A stretch of DNA of 64,000 nucleotides from Spirochaetia bacterium (GCA_965198005.1 CBDAOI010000003.1:416001-480000), one strand, 5' to 3'. Shown: positions 22,094 through 31,901, counted from the first letter of the stretch. Notes: generated by a model from the sequence alone, not told the origin. Program-made: numbers and translations.

Positions 22094-22123
22094 ACGCTAG
22101 CATAGGGGCCGCGCGCCTGTCAA
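22094..22123 (-). promoter_or_regulatory. sigma70-type promoter in repeat unit 2
   Basis: Minus strand TTGACA-N18-TAGCGT with TGn extension. Confidence 0.55.
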
Positions 22124-22308
22124 CGACTCGGACGTCACCGAACATCACCGGCCACCGGTCACTGCGCTGACTGTCATCATGGCGCTTGCTCGACGACCCG
22201 GGGTACAGAGCCCGATGGGAGAGGAAGCGTGCCGAGTACCTGGAGTGCGGAATCGGACGGCGTCCGCAACCAGGGTGTAGGTGAGGACCGCGCATCCTCC
22301 TGACGTCC

Positions 22309-23190
22309 CTATCCCTGGGCGCGCAGGCCGGCCAGCACGGCGTCGTCGTGCCGCCAGTTGGGGCGCACCTTGACGCGCAGGTCGAGCGTGACGCGGCGCC
22401 CGAAGATCTCGGTCAGCTCTGCCGCGGCGCCGACGCGGATGCGTGCAATGCCGCGGCCCCGGTGACCGACCACGATCCCGACCTGGCTTGGCCGTTCCAC
22501 CCAGATCGTGGCGCGCGCCCACAGCTCGCCGCCGTGCGGCTCCAGGTCCAGCACCTGGACGTACACGGCGTGCGGAACCTCGGCGCGGGTGCCGGTTATG
22601 GTCTGCTCGCGCACGATCTCGGCCACCCGGAACTCGGGACTCTGGTCGGTGTACATGTCGGCGGGGTAGAGCAGTTCGCCACGCGGACTCAGTTCCAGCA
22701 GCCGTTTGACGAGCTGCGCCACCCCCTGGCCGACGGCGGCGGAGATGCTCAGCGCCCGGCCCATGCCGGCGGCAAGCAGCGCGCTCTGCAACCCGGCGTC
22801 GGCCGCCGGCAGATCCGCCTTGTTGCGCAGCGCTACCAGCGGGCCCTGGAATCCGCCGCCGGCGTCGATTACCGCCTGATCTTCGGGCCCGAAGCGGCGC
22901 CCGGCGTCGAACACCAGCAGCAGCACGTCCACTTCCGGGACCACCCGCAGCGCGGCGTCCCGCAGCACGCGATTCAGCTTGCGCGTGCTGTCATGCAGGC
23001 CGGGCGTATCGAGAAAGATGAGCTGGTCGTCGCCGCGCGTGAGAATGCCGCGCACCCGCGTGCGGGTCGTCTGCGGCACCGGCGATACGATCGAGACCTT
23101 GTGTCCGCAGATCCGGTTGACCAGGGTGGACTTGCCGGTAGACGGGCGGCCGATCACCCCGACCGTGCCGACCCGACCGGGACCGGTCAC
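22309..23190 (-). CDS. era: GTPase Era
   Basis: GRPSTGKSTL, SIVSPVPQTTR, DTPG, NKAD, EIVRE, VPHAV, KH domain; GTG start overlaps TetR stop. Confidence 0.93.
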   Translation of the reverse strand: MTGPGRVGTVGVIGRPSTGKSTLVNRICGHKVSIVSPVPQTTRTRVRGILTRGDDQLIFLDTPGLHDSTRKLNRVLRDAALRVVPEVDVLLLVFDAGRRFGPEDQAVIDAGGGFQGPLVALRNKADLPAADAGLQSALLAAGMGRALSISAAVGQGVAQLVKRLLELSPRGELLYPADMYTDQSPEFRVAEIVREQTITGTRAEVPHAVYVQVLDLEPHGGELWARATIWVERPSQVGIVVGHRGRGIARIRVGAAAELTEIFGRRVTLDLRVKVRPNWRHDDAVLAGLRAQG

Positions 23191-23897
23191 GGAGAACCGG
23201 AGCGGCGTTCGGTCCCGCCCCGCGCCCGGCGCCGATCGAGGCGCCGCTCCAGACGTTCGGCACGGTTGCGCAGCGTCAGGCGGCGGCGCAATCCGTGCTC
23301 CACCAGAGTCAGGACGTCCTCGATCAGATCGTCGTTCCCCTCCGTCCCGAAGTTCACGAGCAACGCCGTGTACAGCGCCACCAGCATGCGCCGCACGTTG
23401 CGATAGCGGCCGATGCGGAACGTGCGCCGCCGATTGCCGGACTGGAGGATGTCGTCGATCAGGCCGCCGATCCGGTCCAGCACCCACTCCGCCCGCTGGC
23501 GCGGCACCACGCCTGGACAAGAGAAGCGGCGATCCCCCATCAGCATGCCACGCAGGATGGGACTGCGGCGCAGCCCCAGGGTGATGAACCGGTAGAGCGC
23601 CTTGAGTTGATTCATGGGTGACTCGAAGCGCGCAATCACGCGCCGCGCCTCGCCGATCGCGCGCCGTTCGATCAGGTCGAGGATGCGCGCGTAGAATTCT
23701 TCTTTGCTGCGGAAGTAGTTGTAGAAGCTGCCCGTGGCCAGGCCGGCATTGCCGGTGATCTGAGCGATGCTGACCGCCCGGTAGCCGTGCTCGGCGAACA
23801 GCCGTTCGCCGACCTCCAGCAACGCCGCCCGCCGCCGCCGACCCGGTTCGCCGACCGTCCCGGCGGTACCGTCCGGTATCAGTAGTTGCTCTGCCAT
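23187..23897 (-). CDS. TetR/AcrR family transcriptional regulator
   Basis: LFAEHGYRAVSIAQIT...GLATGSFYNYFRSKEE HTH; divergent from the cysteate synthase gene. Confidence 0.9.
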   Translation of the reverse strand: MAEQLLIPDGTAGTVGEPGRRRRAALLEVGERLFAEHGYRAVSIAQITGNAGLATGSFYNYFRSKEEFYARILDLIERRAIGEARRVIARFESPMNQLKALYRFITLGLRRSPILRGMLMGDRRFSCPGVVPRQRAEWVLDRIGGLIDDILQSGNRRRTFRIGRYRNVRRMLVALYTALLVNFGTEGNDDLIEDVLTLVEHGLRRRLTLRNRAERLERRLDRRRARGGTERRSGSP

Positions 23898-24010
23898 ACC
23901 CGCTCCCGACCGCCGCGAACCGAAGAAACGAATATTCGGTTCAGATATTCACCTTGCCTCGAAGCCCCTCAGCGCCTAACGGAACGGCTGTAGCAGGCTC
24001 TTTATGGGAC

Positions 24011-24039
24011 ACGCTAGCATTTTTCGCCGTCCGGAACAA
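24011..24039 (-). promoter_or_regulatory. candidate promoter of tetR-era
   Basis: Minus strand TTGTTC-N17-TAGCGT with TGn; same -10 box as the 125-bp repeat promoters. Confidence 0.4.
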
Positions 24040-24146
24040 CCCGAGCCTGCCCGGTGCGTGTCGCAGCAAGTACACTACTGGCGATCGCTAGGTCACCGTT
24101 CAGGATAGCGGGCGGACCTGACCCGGAGCCGCTCTCGGGAGGGAAA

Positions 24147-25484
24147 TTGAGTACCGAGCACTACCAACTGCGGTGCATGGCCTGCGGCACGCTCCACGCC
24201 GACAGCGACCACGGGTTCCTGCTGGGCTGCCCGTGCAGCCGGCCGGCCGCGGGGCTGCTGCGCACCGAATATGCCGGCACCCGGTTCGCGCCCGGCGCGG
24301 CCGGCGGCCTGTTCCGCTACGCGCAGTGGCTGCCGGTACGCGCCCACCACCCGCTGGACCTCCTGCGGGGCGGCCGTCCCCCCGCCGGCGCGGTGGCCTA
24401 TCGCAGCGGCCGTCTGGCGCGTCGGCTCGGGCTGAACGACCTGGTCGTGCTGTTCAGCGGCTACTGGCCGGAGCGCGGCGCCCATCTGGAGACCTGCGTG
24501 TTCAAGGAGCTGGAGGCGCTGGCGGTGACCGCCCGCCTGCCGGCGGCGGAACGGCGGCCGCTGGTGGTGGCGTCGGCGGGCAACACCGGGCGCGCCTTCC
24601 ACGCAGTGTGCTCGCGCTACGACATCCCGGCGGTGGTCGTGGTGCCGGAAGCGGCGCTGCCGGCCCTGTGGACCACCGGCGCGGTGTCGCCCGAGGTCGC
24701 CCTGGTCGCGGTCGGCGGCAACGCCGACTACGCCGATGCGATTCGCGTCGCCGGCATGCTCGCCGAATCGCCCGCCTATCTGGCCGAGGGCGGCGCCCTC
24801 AACGTCGCGCGCCGCGACGGCATGGGTTCGGTGCTGCTGGCCGGGGTCGAGTGTGCGGGCCGGCTGCCGCGCCATTATTTCCAGGCGGTCGGCAGCGGAA
24901 CCGGCGCGATCGCGGCCTGGGAGATGGCGCAACGGCTGGTGCGCGACGGCCGCTTCGGGGCGCGCGTGCCGCGCCTGCAGCTCGCCCAGAACGCGCCGTT
25001 CACGATCATGGCCGACGCCTGGGAGGCAGGCAGCCGCTCCCTGCTGCCGCTCGCGCCGGCCACCGCCAAGCGGCGGATCGCGGCGATGAGCGCCGGCGTG
25101 CTGAGCAACCGGACGCCGCCCTACGCCCTGGCCGGCGGTCTGTTCGACGCCCTCACCGCCAGCGCCGGCGCCATGTACCGGGTCAGCAACCGGGAGGCCG
25201 CCGGCGCCGCGGCGCTGTTCGCCGCCAGCGAGGGCTGCGAGCTCGATCCGGCCGCGGCGGTGGCGGTCGCCGCGTTGCGGCAGGCGGTGGCTGGCGGCCG
25301 GGTGGCGCCGGACGACCCGGTGTTCCTCAACGTGACCGGCGGCGGCCTGCAGCGGCTGCGCGCGGCCGGGCGGGTGCGCGCGCTGCCGCCCGACCTCGTG
25401 GTCGACCACCGGGACGCGACCCCGGCGGCCCTGGAGGCGGCGCTGGTACGGGCGCCGGCGCAGCGCGAGCGGGCAATCGCATGA
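24147..25484 (+). CDS. cysteate synthase (PLP-dependent, CapA-like)
   Basis: FSGYWPERGA...TCVFKELEA, ASAGNTGRAF, EGGALNVARRDGMG, YFQAVGSGTGAIAAWE, VLSNRTPPY, LNVTGGG; TTG start after GGAGGG. Confidence 0.88.
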   Translation: MSTEHYQLRCMACGTLHADSDHGFLLGCPCSRPAAGLLRTEYAGTRFAPGAAGGLFRYAQWLPVRAHHPLDLLRGGRPPAGAVAYRSGRLARRLGLNDLVVLFSGYWPERGAHLETCVFKELEALAVTARLPAAERRPLVVASAGNTGRAFHAVCSRYDIPAVVVVPEAALPALWTTGAVSPEVALVAVGGNADYADAIRVAGMLAESPAYLAEGGALNVARRDGMGSVLLAGVECAGRLPRHYFQAVGSGTGAIAAWEMAQRLVRDGRFGARVPRLQLAQNAPFTIMADAWEAGSRSLLPLAPATAKRRIAAMSAGVLSNRTPPYALAGGLFDALTASAGAMYRVSNREAAGAAALFAASEGCELDPAAAVAVAALRQAVAGGRVAPDDPVFLNVTGGGLQRLRAAGRVRALPPDLVVDHRDATPAALEAALVRAPAQRERAIA

Positions 25485-26803
25485 GCCGGCACGGTCACTC
25501 CGTGACACGGAAGACGATGAACACCGATACCCAGGCATCGCCTGCTGGCCGACACGTGCGCACCGGCGACCTGTTCGAGAAGTGCTCCGGCGACGGCGGC
25601 TACTTCGGCCGGTACCGCGCCGCCGGCGACAAGTTCGTGGTGCAGCCGATCCTGGATACCCTGCCGGGACCGCACATGGAGTCGAACGGCCGTCCGGTGA
25701 TCATGTGGGGCATCAACAGCTATCTCGGGCTCACCGGCAATCCCCGGATCAAGGCCGCGGCGCTGGCGTCGCTGGAGCAGTACTCCACCTCGGCGCCGAT
25801 GGGCTCCCGGCTGCTGACCGGCAACACCTCCAGGCACGAGGCGCTGGAGGCGCGGCTGGCGGAGTACTGCGAAAAGCCGGCGGCGGTGCTGTTCAACTAC
25901 GGCTACCTCGGCGTCATGGGCACCATCTCGGCCCTGATCGGCCCCAGCGACGAGGTGATCATCGACAAGCTGTCGCACGCGTCGATGATCGACGGCACCA
26001 TTCTGGCGATGGCGGGGCGCCGGTTCCGGCCCTTCCGCCACAACAGCATGGAGAGCCTGGAGCAGCAGTTGCAGGCGGCCCGGCGCAAGCGCGGCGGCGG
26101 CATTCTGATCGTGGTCGAGGGGGTCTACGGCATGCGCGGCGACCTGGCCAACCTGCCGGAAATCGCGGCCCTGGCGCGCCGCTACGAGGCCCGCATCTTC
26201 GTCGACGATGCCCACGGCTTCGCCGTGATGGGGCCGAGCGGGCGCGGCACCGCGGAGCACTTCGGCGTGCAGGATGAGATCGACCTCTACTTCGGCACCT
26301 TCGCCAAGGCGTTCGCGGCGATCGGCGGCGTGACCGCGGGCGAACGCGACGTGATCGAGTACATCCGCTTCAACGCGCGTACCAACGTGTTCGCCAAGGC
26401 GCTGCCGATGGTCTACGTCGACGCGCTGAACGCCACGCTGGATGAGATCCTGGCCCATCCCGAATATCGCGCACGGATGTGGCGCAACGCCCACAAGCTG
26501 CAACGCGGCCTGGTGGAGCTCGGATACAGCATCGGCGATACCGAATCACCGATCACGCCGGTGTACGTGCCGTCGGGCGAAGAAACCGGCCGAGCGATCA
26601 TGGTGATGCTGCGCGAGGAGTATGGGGTGTTTCTCTCGGGCGTCACCTATCCGGTGGTGCCGCGCGGCATCAACCTGTTTCGCATGATCCCGACCGCGTT
26701 GCACACCGACCAGGACATCGAGGTCACGCTGCGCGCGTTTGCCGAGATCCGTGACCGCCTGCACCTCGAGCTCGACCGCGTCCCCCAGCTCGCCACCGCC
26801 TGA
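25481..26803 (+). CDS. alpha-oxoamine synthase family enzyme, probable cysteate C-fatty acyltransferase (CapB/SulA-like)
   Basis: GPHM, NSYLGL, APMGSR, FNYGY, HASMIDG, DDAHG, GTFAK, VFAKALPM, IPTALHT; coupled to cysteate synthase (ATGA overlap). Confidence 0.8.
   Translation: MSRHGHSVTRKTMNTDTQASPAGRHVRTGDLFEKCSGDGGYFGRYRAAGDKFVVQPILDTLPGPHMESNGRPVIMWGINSYLGLTGNPRIKAAALASLEQYSTSAPMGSRLLTGNTSRHEALEARLAEYCEKPAAVLFNYGYLGVMGTISALIGPSDEVIIDKLSHASMIDGTILAMAGRRFRPFRHNSMESLEQQLQAARRKRGGGILIVVEGVYGMRGDLANLPEIAALARRYEARIFVDDAHGFAVMGPSGRGTAEHFGVQDEIDLYFGTFAKAFAAIGGVTAGERDVIEYIRFNARTNVFAKALPMVYVDALNATLDEILAHPEYRARMWRNAHKLQRGLVELGYSIGDTESPITPVYVPSGEETGRAIMVMLREEYGVFLSGVTYPVVPRGINLFRMIPTALHTDQDIEVTLRAFAEIRDRLHLELDRVPQLATA
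25488..25542 (+). repeat. 55-bp dispersed repeat, copy 1
   Basis: 46/55 identical to 28632-28686; CACGG-N5-CCGTG hairpin then AAGACNATGAA. Confidence 0.7.
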
Positions 26804-27857
26804 CGTTCGGGGCTGGCGCCGCTTCCTGCGCCGGCGCGCGGCGTCCCGCCGGCGGGGTCCGGGCCGGTGCGGGCCGGCGCTCGCCGCGGCGCTCGCCGTG
26901 GCCGGGGTGCTGCCGGGCTTGACCGGGTGCGGCGTGCGCGCCCACCAGCACCAGTTCACCGCGATGTCCACCGTCGTCCGCGTCACCGTCTACCACCGGC
27001 GCGCTCCCGACTGGGCGGCGCTGGAGCAGACGGTCCACGACTGGGCCGCGCGCTACGACCACCGCCTGGCCGCGAGTCCGGTGGCGCAGCTCAACCGCAC
27101 CGGCCAGGCGCAGCTCGACCCCGCGCTGGCGGCGACCCTGGCCGCGGCCGTGCGGCTGGCGCAGCTCAGCGGCGGCGCGTTCGATCCCACCGTCCTGCCG
27201 CTCACCCGGCTGTGGGACTTCGATCACGGCGGCACGCTGCCGCCGGCGGAGGCGCGGGCGCGGGCGCGGGCGCGGGTCGACTACCGCCGGCTGCGGGTCG
27301 TGGCCGACCGGGCAACGGTGGACGACGCGGAGCTCGATCTGGGCGCGATCGCCAAGGGGGCGGTGCTGGATCACCTGGGCGACTGGCTGGAGGCGGGCGG
27401 CCACGACCGGTTCCTGCTGGAGGCGGGCGGCGACGTGCTGGTGGCGGGGCTCAAGCCCGACGCCGTGCCCTGGCGGATCTGGATCCGCCATCCCCGGCAG
27501 ACCGATCTGCCGCTGGCCATCGCCACCATCGGCGTGGCGGACGGCCGGGTGGCGCTGGCAACCTCCGGCGACTACGAGCGGTTCTTTGAGCAGGACGGCG
27601 TGCGCTACCATCACATCCTCAACCCGGCCACGGGACTGCCCGACAGCGACGCGGTGGCGGTGACGGTGATCGCCGGCAGCGCACTTGAAGCAGACGCGCT
27701 CGCGACCGCGTTGTTCGTATTGGGCAGCGCGGGCGCGGAGCTGTTCACGACCGTGCCGGGGCTGGAGGGCGTGATCGTGTACCGGTCCGGCGCCGGCCTG
27801 GCGGCGGCGGTGAGCGACGGCTTTCCGGCGCTGCACGGCCAGCTCAACGTCGAATGA
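26751..27857 (+). CDS. apbE: FAD:protein FMN transferase lipoprotein
   Basis: Lipobox LTGC, SGGAFDPTV, LDLGAIAKG, ATSGDYERFF, YHHILNPATG, ADALATA; start uncertain. Confidence 0.9.
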   Translation: MTACTSSSTASPSSPPPDVRGWRRFLRRRAASRRRGPGRCGPALAAALAVAGVLPGLTGCGVRAHQHQFTAMSTVVRVTVYHRRAPDWAALEQTVHDWAARYDHRLAASPVAQLNRTGQAQLDPALAATLAAAVRLAQLSGGAFDPTVLPLTRLWDFDHGGTLPPAEARARARARVDYRRLRVVADRATVDDAELDLGAIAKGAVLDHLGDWLEAGGHDRFLLEAGGDVLVAGLKPDAVPWRIWIRHPRQTDLPLAIATIGVADGRVALATSGDYERFFEQDGVRYHHILNPATGLPDSDAVAVTVIAGSALEADALATALFVLGSAGAELFTTVPGLEGVIVYRSGAGLAAAVSDGFPALHGQLNVE

Positions 27858-27993
27858 ATCGGCCGCCGGCGGCCGCGATCGGCTGTCGTCGGCTGCCCCG
27901 CGCAATTGGCGGAGCGGTACGCGGTGAGTATATTCCGGCCCGAAGGCGCGCGGTGCCCACCGGCGCGGCGCAGCCGCACAATCTGGAGGCAAG

Positions 27994-28626
27994 GTGCGAC
28001 CACACTGGGACGCGGACGAGCAAGAGGAAGCTGAGGAGGAACAGGAGGAACAGGAGGAACGGGAGGAGCAGGAGGAGCCGGCGGGCGATCCGGCCATGCT
28101 GCGCCAGTTCCTCAAGACCCGCACGGTGCTCCTGACCGGCGAGATCAACAAGACTCTGGCGGAGCGCGTGGTGCGCCAGGTGTTGCTGCTGGAGCAGGGT
28201 GGCGACGAGCCGATCAAGGTGTTCATCGACAGCCCCGGCGGCGACGCCGACGCCGGGTTCGCGATTCTCGACATGATGCGGTTCGTGCGCCCGCAGATAA
28301 AGATGATCGGGATGGGGCTGGTGGCGAGCGCGGGGGCGATCGTGCTGCTGGCGGCGCCCCGCGAGCAGCGCTTTGCGTTGCCCAACTCCCGCTACCTGAT
28401 CCACCAGCCGATGGCCGGCTTTCGCGGGGTCGGCACCGAAATCGAGATCCACGCCAAGGAGATCGACCTCATGCGGCGCAAGATGAACGAGCTGATCTCC
28501 CAGGAGACCGACAAGCCGGTATCCGAGGTGGAGCAGGACACCGACCGCGACTACTGGATGGGAGCCGAGGAAGCCCTGACCTACGGTCTGGTGGGCAAGA
28601 TCATCCGCACCCAGGACGAACTCTGA
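27994..28626 (+). CDS. clpP: ATP-dependent Clp protease proteolytic subunit
   Basis: FIDSPGG, GLVASAG (catalytic Ser), LIHQP, DTDRDYWM, YGLV. Confidence 0.92.
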   Translation: MRPHWDADEQEEAEEEQEEQEEREEQEEPAGDPAMLRQFLKTRTVLLTGEINKTLAERVVRQVLLLEQGGDEPIKVFIDSPGGDADAGFAILDMMRFVRPQIKMIGMGLVASAGAIVLLAAPREQRFALPNSRYLIHQPMAGFRGVGTEIEIHAKEIDLMRRKMNELISQETDKPVSEVEQDTDRDYWMGAEEALTYGLVGKIIRTQDEL

Positions 28627-28631
28627 CCAGT

Positions 28632-28686
28632 GGCACGGGCACTCCGTGACCCGCAAGACAATGAAATCCGATGCACGGGCATCGCC
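28632..28686 (+). repeat. 55-bp dispersed repeat, copy 2
   Basis: Matches 25488-25542; overlaps the purC start. Confidence 0.7.
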
Positions 28687-29659
28687 GAAGCACCATGCCA
28701 CGGCGCGGCGGACGCCCGCCCCCGCGGTGTTCGAACGCCTCGACCGGGAACATCTGCGGCGGCTCGCCGGCACCCGGCCGCGGGTCCACTCCGGCAAGGT
28801 GCGCGACCGCATCGACCTCGGCGACCGCATCCTGATCGTAACCACCGATCGGGTGTCCGCCTTCGACCGCGTCCTGACCACGATTCCGTACAAGGGCCAG
28901 GTGCTGAACCAGCTCTCGGTGTTCTGGTTCAAGCTGACCTGCGACCTGATCTCCAACCACCTGATCCGGGAGGTGACGCCGCGCAGCGCCCTGGTTCGGC
29001 GCTGTACGGTGGTCCCGGTCGAGGTGGTGGTGCGCGGCTACCTGACCGGCTCCGCCTGGCGCGCCTACGAGCGTGACGGCGCCCTGGCCGGCATCCCGCT
29101 GGCGCTCGGCCTGCGGCGCGATCAGCAGTTCGAGCGGCCCCTGCTCACGCCCACCACCAAGGCGGCGCCGGGCGAGCACGACCGGCCGCTGTCCCGCGCC
29201 GAGGTGCTGGCGTCCGGCGCCGTGCCGCCGGCGCTGTGGGAGCGGATCGAGCGCGTGGCGTTGCGGCTCTACCGGCGCGGGGTCGAGCACGCCGCCCGCC
29301 GCGGGCTGATCCTGGTGGACACCAAGTACGAGTTCGGCACCATCGACGGCGAGCTGGTGCTGGCGGACGAGGTGCACACGCCCGACAGCAGCCGCTACTG
29401 GTACCGCGACACCTATGCCGAGCGGTTCGCGCGCGGGCTGGAGCAGCGCCTGCTCGACAAGGAGTTCCTGCGCGGCTGGCTGCTGGAGCGCGGCTTCCAG
29501 GGCGACGGCGCGCCCCCGCCGATCCCGGAGACGGTGCGCGCCGAGCTGGCGCAGCGCTACCGGGAGGTGTATCGGATCCTGACCGGCGCCGAGCTGGCCG
29601 GCGCGCCGCTCAGCGTCGAGGAGGAGCTCGCGCGGTACGCGGAGGTGGTGCGCGGATGA
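28661..29659 (+). CDS. purC: phosphoribosylaminoimidazole-succinocarboxamide synthase
   Basis: SGKVRD, TDRVSAFD, EVVVRGYLTGS, TPTTKA, LVDTKYEFG, DEVHTPDSSRYW, DKEFLR. Confidence 0.95.
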   Translation: MKSDARASPKHHATARRTPAPAVFERLDREHLRRLAGTRPRVHSGKVRDRIDLGDRILIVTTDRVSAFDRVLTTIPYKGQVLNQLSVFWFKLTCDLISNHLIREVTPRSALVRRCTVVPVEVVVRGYLTGSAWRAYERDGALAGIPLALGLRRDQQFERPLLTPTTKAAPGEHDRPLSRAEVLASGAVPPALWERIERVALRLYRRGVEHAARRGLILVDTKYEFGTIDGELVLADEVHTPDSSRYWYRDTYAERFARGLEQRLLDKEFLRGWLLERGFQGDGAPPPIPETVRAELAQRYREVYRILTGAELAGAPLSVEEELARYAEVVRG

Positions 29660-30774
29660 GCGGCGGCCGGCGGCGCGGCGGGTGGCTGGCCGCCCTGGCG
29701 CTGGGCGCGCTCCTGCCACTGCTGGCCTCCTGCGGGCCGGGGCAGGCCGGCACCATCACCGTGGTCAGCTACAACGTCCAGAACCTGTTCGACGCCACCG
29801 AAGACGGCGGCGAGTACCGCGATTACACCGCCGGCGGCGGCTGGACGCCGGGCCTGTACACCGCCAAGCTGCGGGCAATCGCCACCGCGCTACGGGCCGC
29901 GGCGCCGCGCGGGGCCGACCTGGTGGCGCTGCAGGAGGTGGAGCACGCCGGCCCCGCGCGCCGGCTGGTGGAGCTGGAGCTGGCGCGCGCGGGGTACCGC
30001 CACGTGGTGTGGCTGCCCGACCCGCTCAACGCCACCGGACCGGTGGTGCTGTCCAAGCTGCCGGTGCGCCGGGTCGGCGCGCTGTGGGTGGACCACCCGC
30101 ACGAGCAGCCGCTACGCCCGATTCTCGAGGTGGAGGTGGCCCTGGGCACCACCCCGGACGCGCCCTCGCTGTTCCTGTTCAACAACCATTGGAAGTCGAA
30201 ACGGGGCGGTGCGGCCGAGACCGAGCAGCACCGGCGCCGCGCCGCCGCCGTGCTGGCCGCCCGCCTGCGCCAGATCCACGCCGCCGACCCCGCCGCCGAC
30301 GTGATCGTGGTGGGCGACCTGAACGAATCGATCGACGAGTATGAGCGCCAGGACCGGCGCTATCCCACCGCGCTGATGCCCGCGGCAGCCGCGCCGCCGG
30401 GTGGCGGTGGCGCACCCGCCGCCCCGGCCCCGCTGTACGTCACCGCAGCGGCCGCGTCCGCCGCCCGGCCCGCGGCCGGCGCCCCAGTGGTGCTGTTCAG
30501 CCCCTGGCTGGCCGCCCCCGACGCCGTCGCGCCGCCCGGCAGCTACCACTACCAGGAGCAGTGGGAAACCATCGACCACGTCCTGCTCGGCCCCGGCCTG
30601 TTCGACACGGCCGGCGTCAGCTACCCGGACGCGGACGGCTTCGCGGTCATCAGCGACGGCCTGCTGGACGGTAGCGGCGCCCCGTTCCGGTTCCTGCGCG
30701 GCCCCCCGCCGGCCGGCTACTCCGACCACCTCCCCCTGCGCCTGACCCTGATCCTGCACCACGCCCCCCGCTGA
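29656..30774 (+). CDS. endonuclease/exonuclease/phosphatase family lipoprotein
   Basis: Lipobox LASC, SYNVQNLFD, LQEVE, NHWKSK, GDLNE, IDHVL, YSDHLP. Confidence 0.88.
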   Translation: MSGGRRRGGWLAALALGALLPLLASCGPGQAGTITVVSYNVQNLFDATEDGGEYRDYTAGGGWTPGLYTAKLRAIATALRAAAPRGADLVALQEVEHAGPARRLVELELARAGYRHVVWLPDPLNATGPVVLSKLPVRRVGALWVDHPHEQPLRPILEVEVALGTTPDAPSLFLFNNHWKSKRGGAAETEQHRRRAAAVLAARLRQIHAADPAADVIVVGDLNESIDEYERQDRRYPTALMPAAAAPPGGGGAPAAPAPLYVTAAAASAARPAAGAPVVLFSPWLAAPDAVAPPGSYHYQEQWETIDHVLLGPGLFDTAGVSYPDADGFAVISDGLLDGSGAPFRFLRGPPPAGYSDHLPLRLTLILHHAPR

Positions 30775-31093
30775 CGGGCCAACTCATCCGTCAGGGCAGT
30801 CATGAAGTCGGGGATCGTCCTATTCTCCGATTTCCGGAACCGTGCGCCCTATGTCGTCGGCAAATGCTCCCACGGCGGCCTTCGCTCGATCGCGTTGCTG
30901 GTTAGGGAATGAAGCGTATCGCGGTGGCTTGGAGTGGCGGCTGTACTCGACATCCCGTTTCTTGGGGGCCTCTGACGGTGCAATTCAGAGCGTCATTCCG
31001 GGCGGTGTGCCTGAAGATGGAACGAAGATCGGCGTTGAGATACTCTCCGATTCGCTGGCGGACCACTGGAGGTCGATGGGCCAGCGCCGCTCA

Positions 31094-31257
31094 CCGTAGT
31101 TCTGCCGCGGGTTGGTCTCCTGCATGCGGCGGTCGGCGGCCCGCGCCTGCCGCTCGAGCAGTTGATCGGTCTCCTGCTGCGCTGCGGAGACCTTGCGGAG
31201 AATCTCCCAGATCTCCTGCGGGGTCGCGGGTTCGTGCTGTCCGTTGACTTCGGCCAT
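31094..31257 (-). pseudogene. N-terminal remnant of a coiled-coil (DUF3782-like, PD-(D/E)XK-associated) protein
   Basis: MAEVNGQHEPATPQEIWEILRKVSAAQQETD...RRMQET; a differently deleted copy lies at 58785-58892. Confidence 0.5.
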
Positions 31258-31409
31258 GGGTACGCTCGCTGATCCGATGGTAGCGAACTTCGCGCGTTCC
31301 GGCAAAGCACATGATCTCGTATCGCGTAACAAGAATCGCCACGACGAGGACGAACTGGAAGGGACAAGAGTACGCCATCGTGAATCGGTGTGGTGATGCA
31401 ATTTGCAGC

Positions 31410-31901
31410 AGGGTGGACGTTGGCGGATACTTTCGGGACCCGGACCACGACCGACTGACGTATGCGGCGGTATCCAGCCGCACGGATACCGTGGTGGCGA
31501 GCGCGACGGGCAGCACGGTGAGCCTGACGCCGGTGTCGGCTGGGACTGCGACGGTCACCGTCAGCGCCAGCGACGGCAGCCTGACCGCCACACAGACCAT
31601 CGCCGTAACGGTGCGAGAGCCCGATCTGCCGCTGACAGGCGTGAGTGTCGAGTTGTATGGCTCGCTGGCTCGGAAGACGAGCGTACTCATTTCACCGGTA
31701 CCGGCGGGCGCCCAGTTCCAGCAAGTAGGGATCAGCCACGTCCCGATGGATGCGGGAAGAGCGTGCTGCGGTTTTCTCGGGGCGTCGGCCCACTTCGAGT
31801 TCGTGTGCGCCGAAAGCTACGTCGGCGACGTCACGCTCACGGCCATTGTCGACGGGAGCAATCGCACCTTCGAAGCGTCTGTAATCTCCACGTGTCAGTG
31901 A
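31410..31901 (+). pseudogene. 5'-truncated copy of the Ig/cadherin-like protein at 59149-59940
   Basis: Sequence matches 59449-59940; signal region deleted. Confidence 0.8.

Larger units (their letters stand above)
21910..22188. repeat. 125-bp tandem repeat, about 2.2 copies
   Basis: Units start at 21910, 22035 and 22160 (ACTGCGCTG(G/A)CTGTCATCATGGCGCTT...). Confidence 0.85.

Noticed and set aside
21910-22188. Possible CRISPR array
   Set aside because: Whole 125-bp units are repeated with no unique spacers, and no cas genes are present
25481-26803. Annotation as bioF or serine palmitoyltransferase
   Set aside because: No biotin or sphingolipid gene context; coupling to cysteate synthase and the FAKALPM motif favour a cysteate acyltransferase, pending phylogeny
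28631-28646. sigma54 promoter (TGGCAC)
   Set aside because: The -12 TTGC box is absent and the sequence is part of the 55-bp repeat
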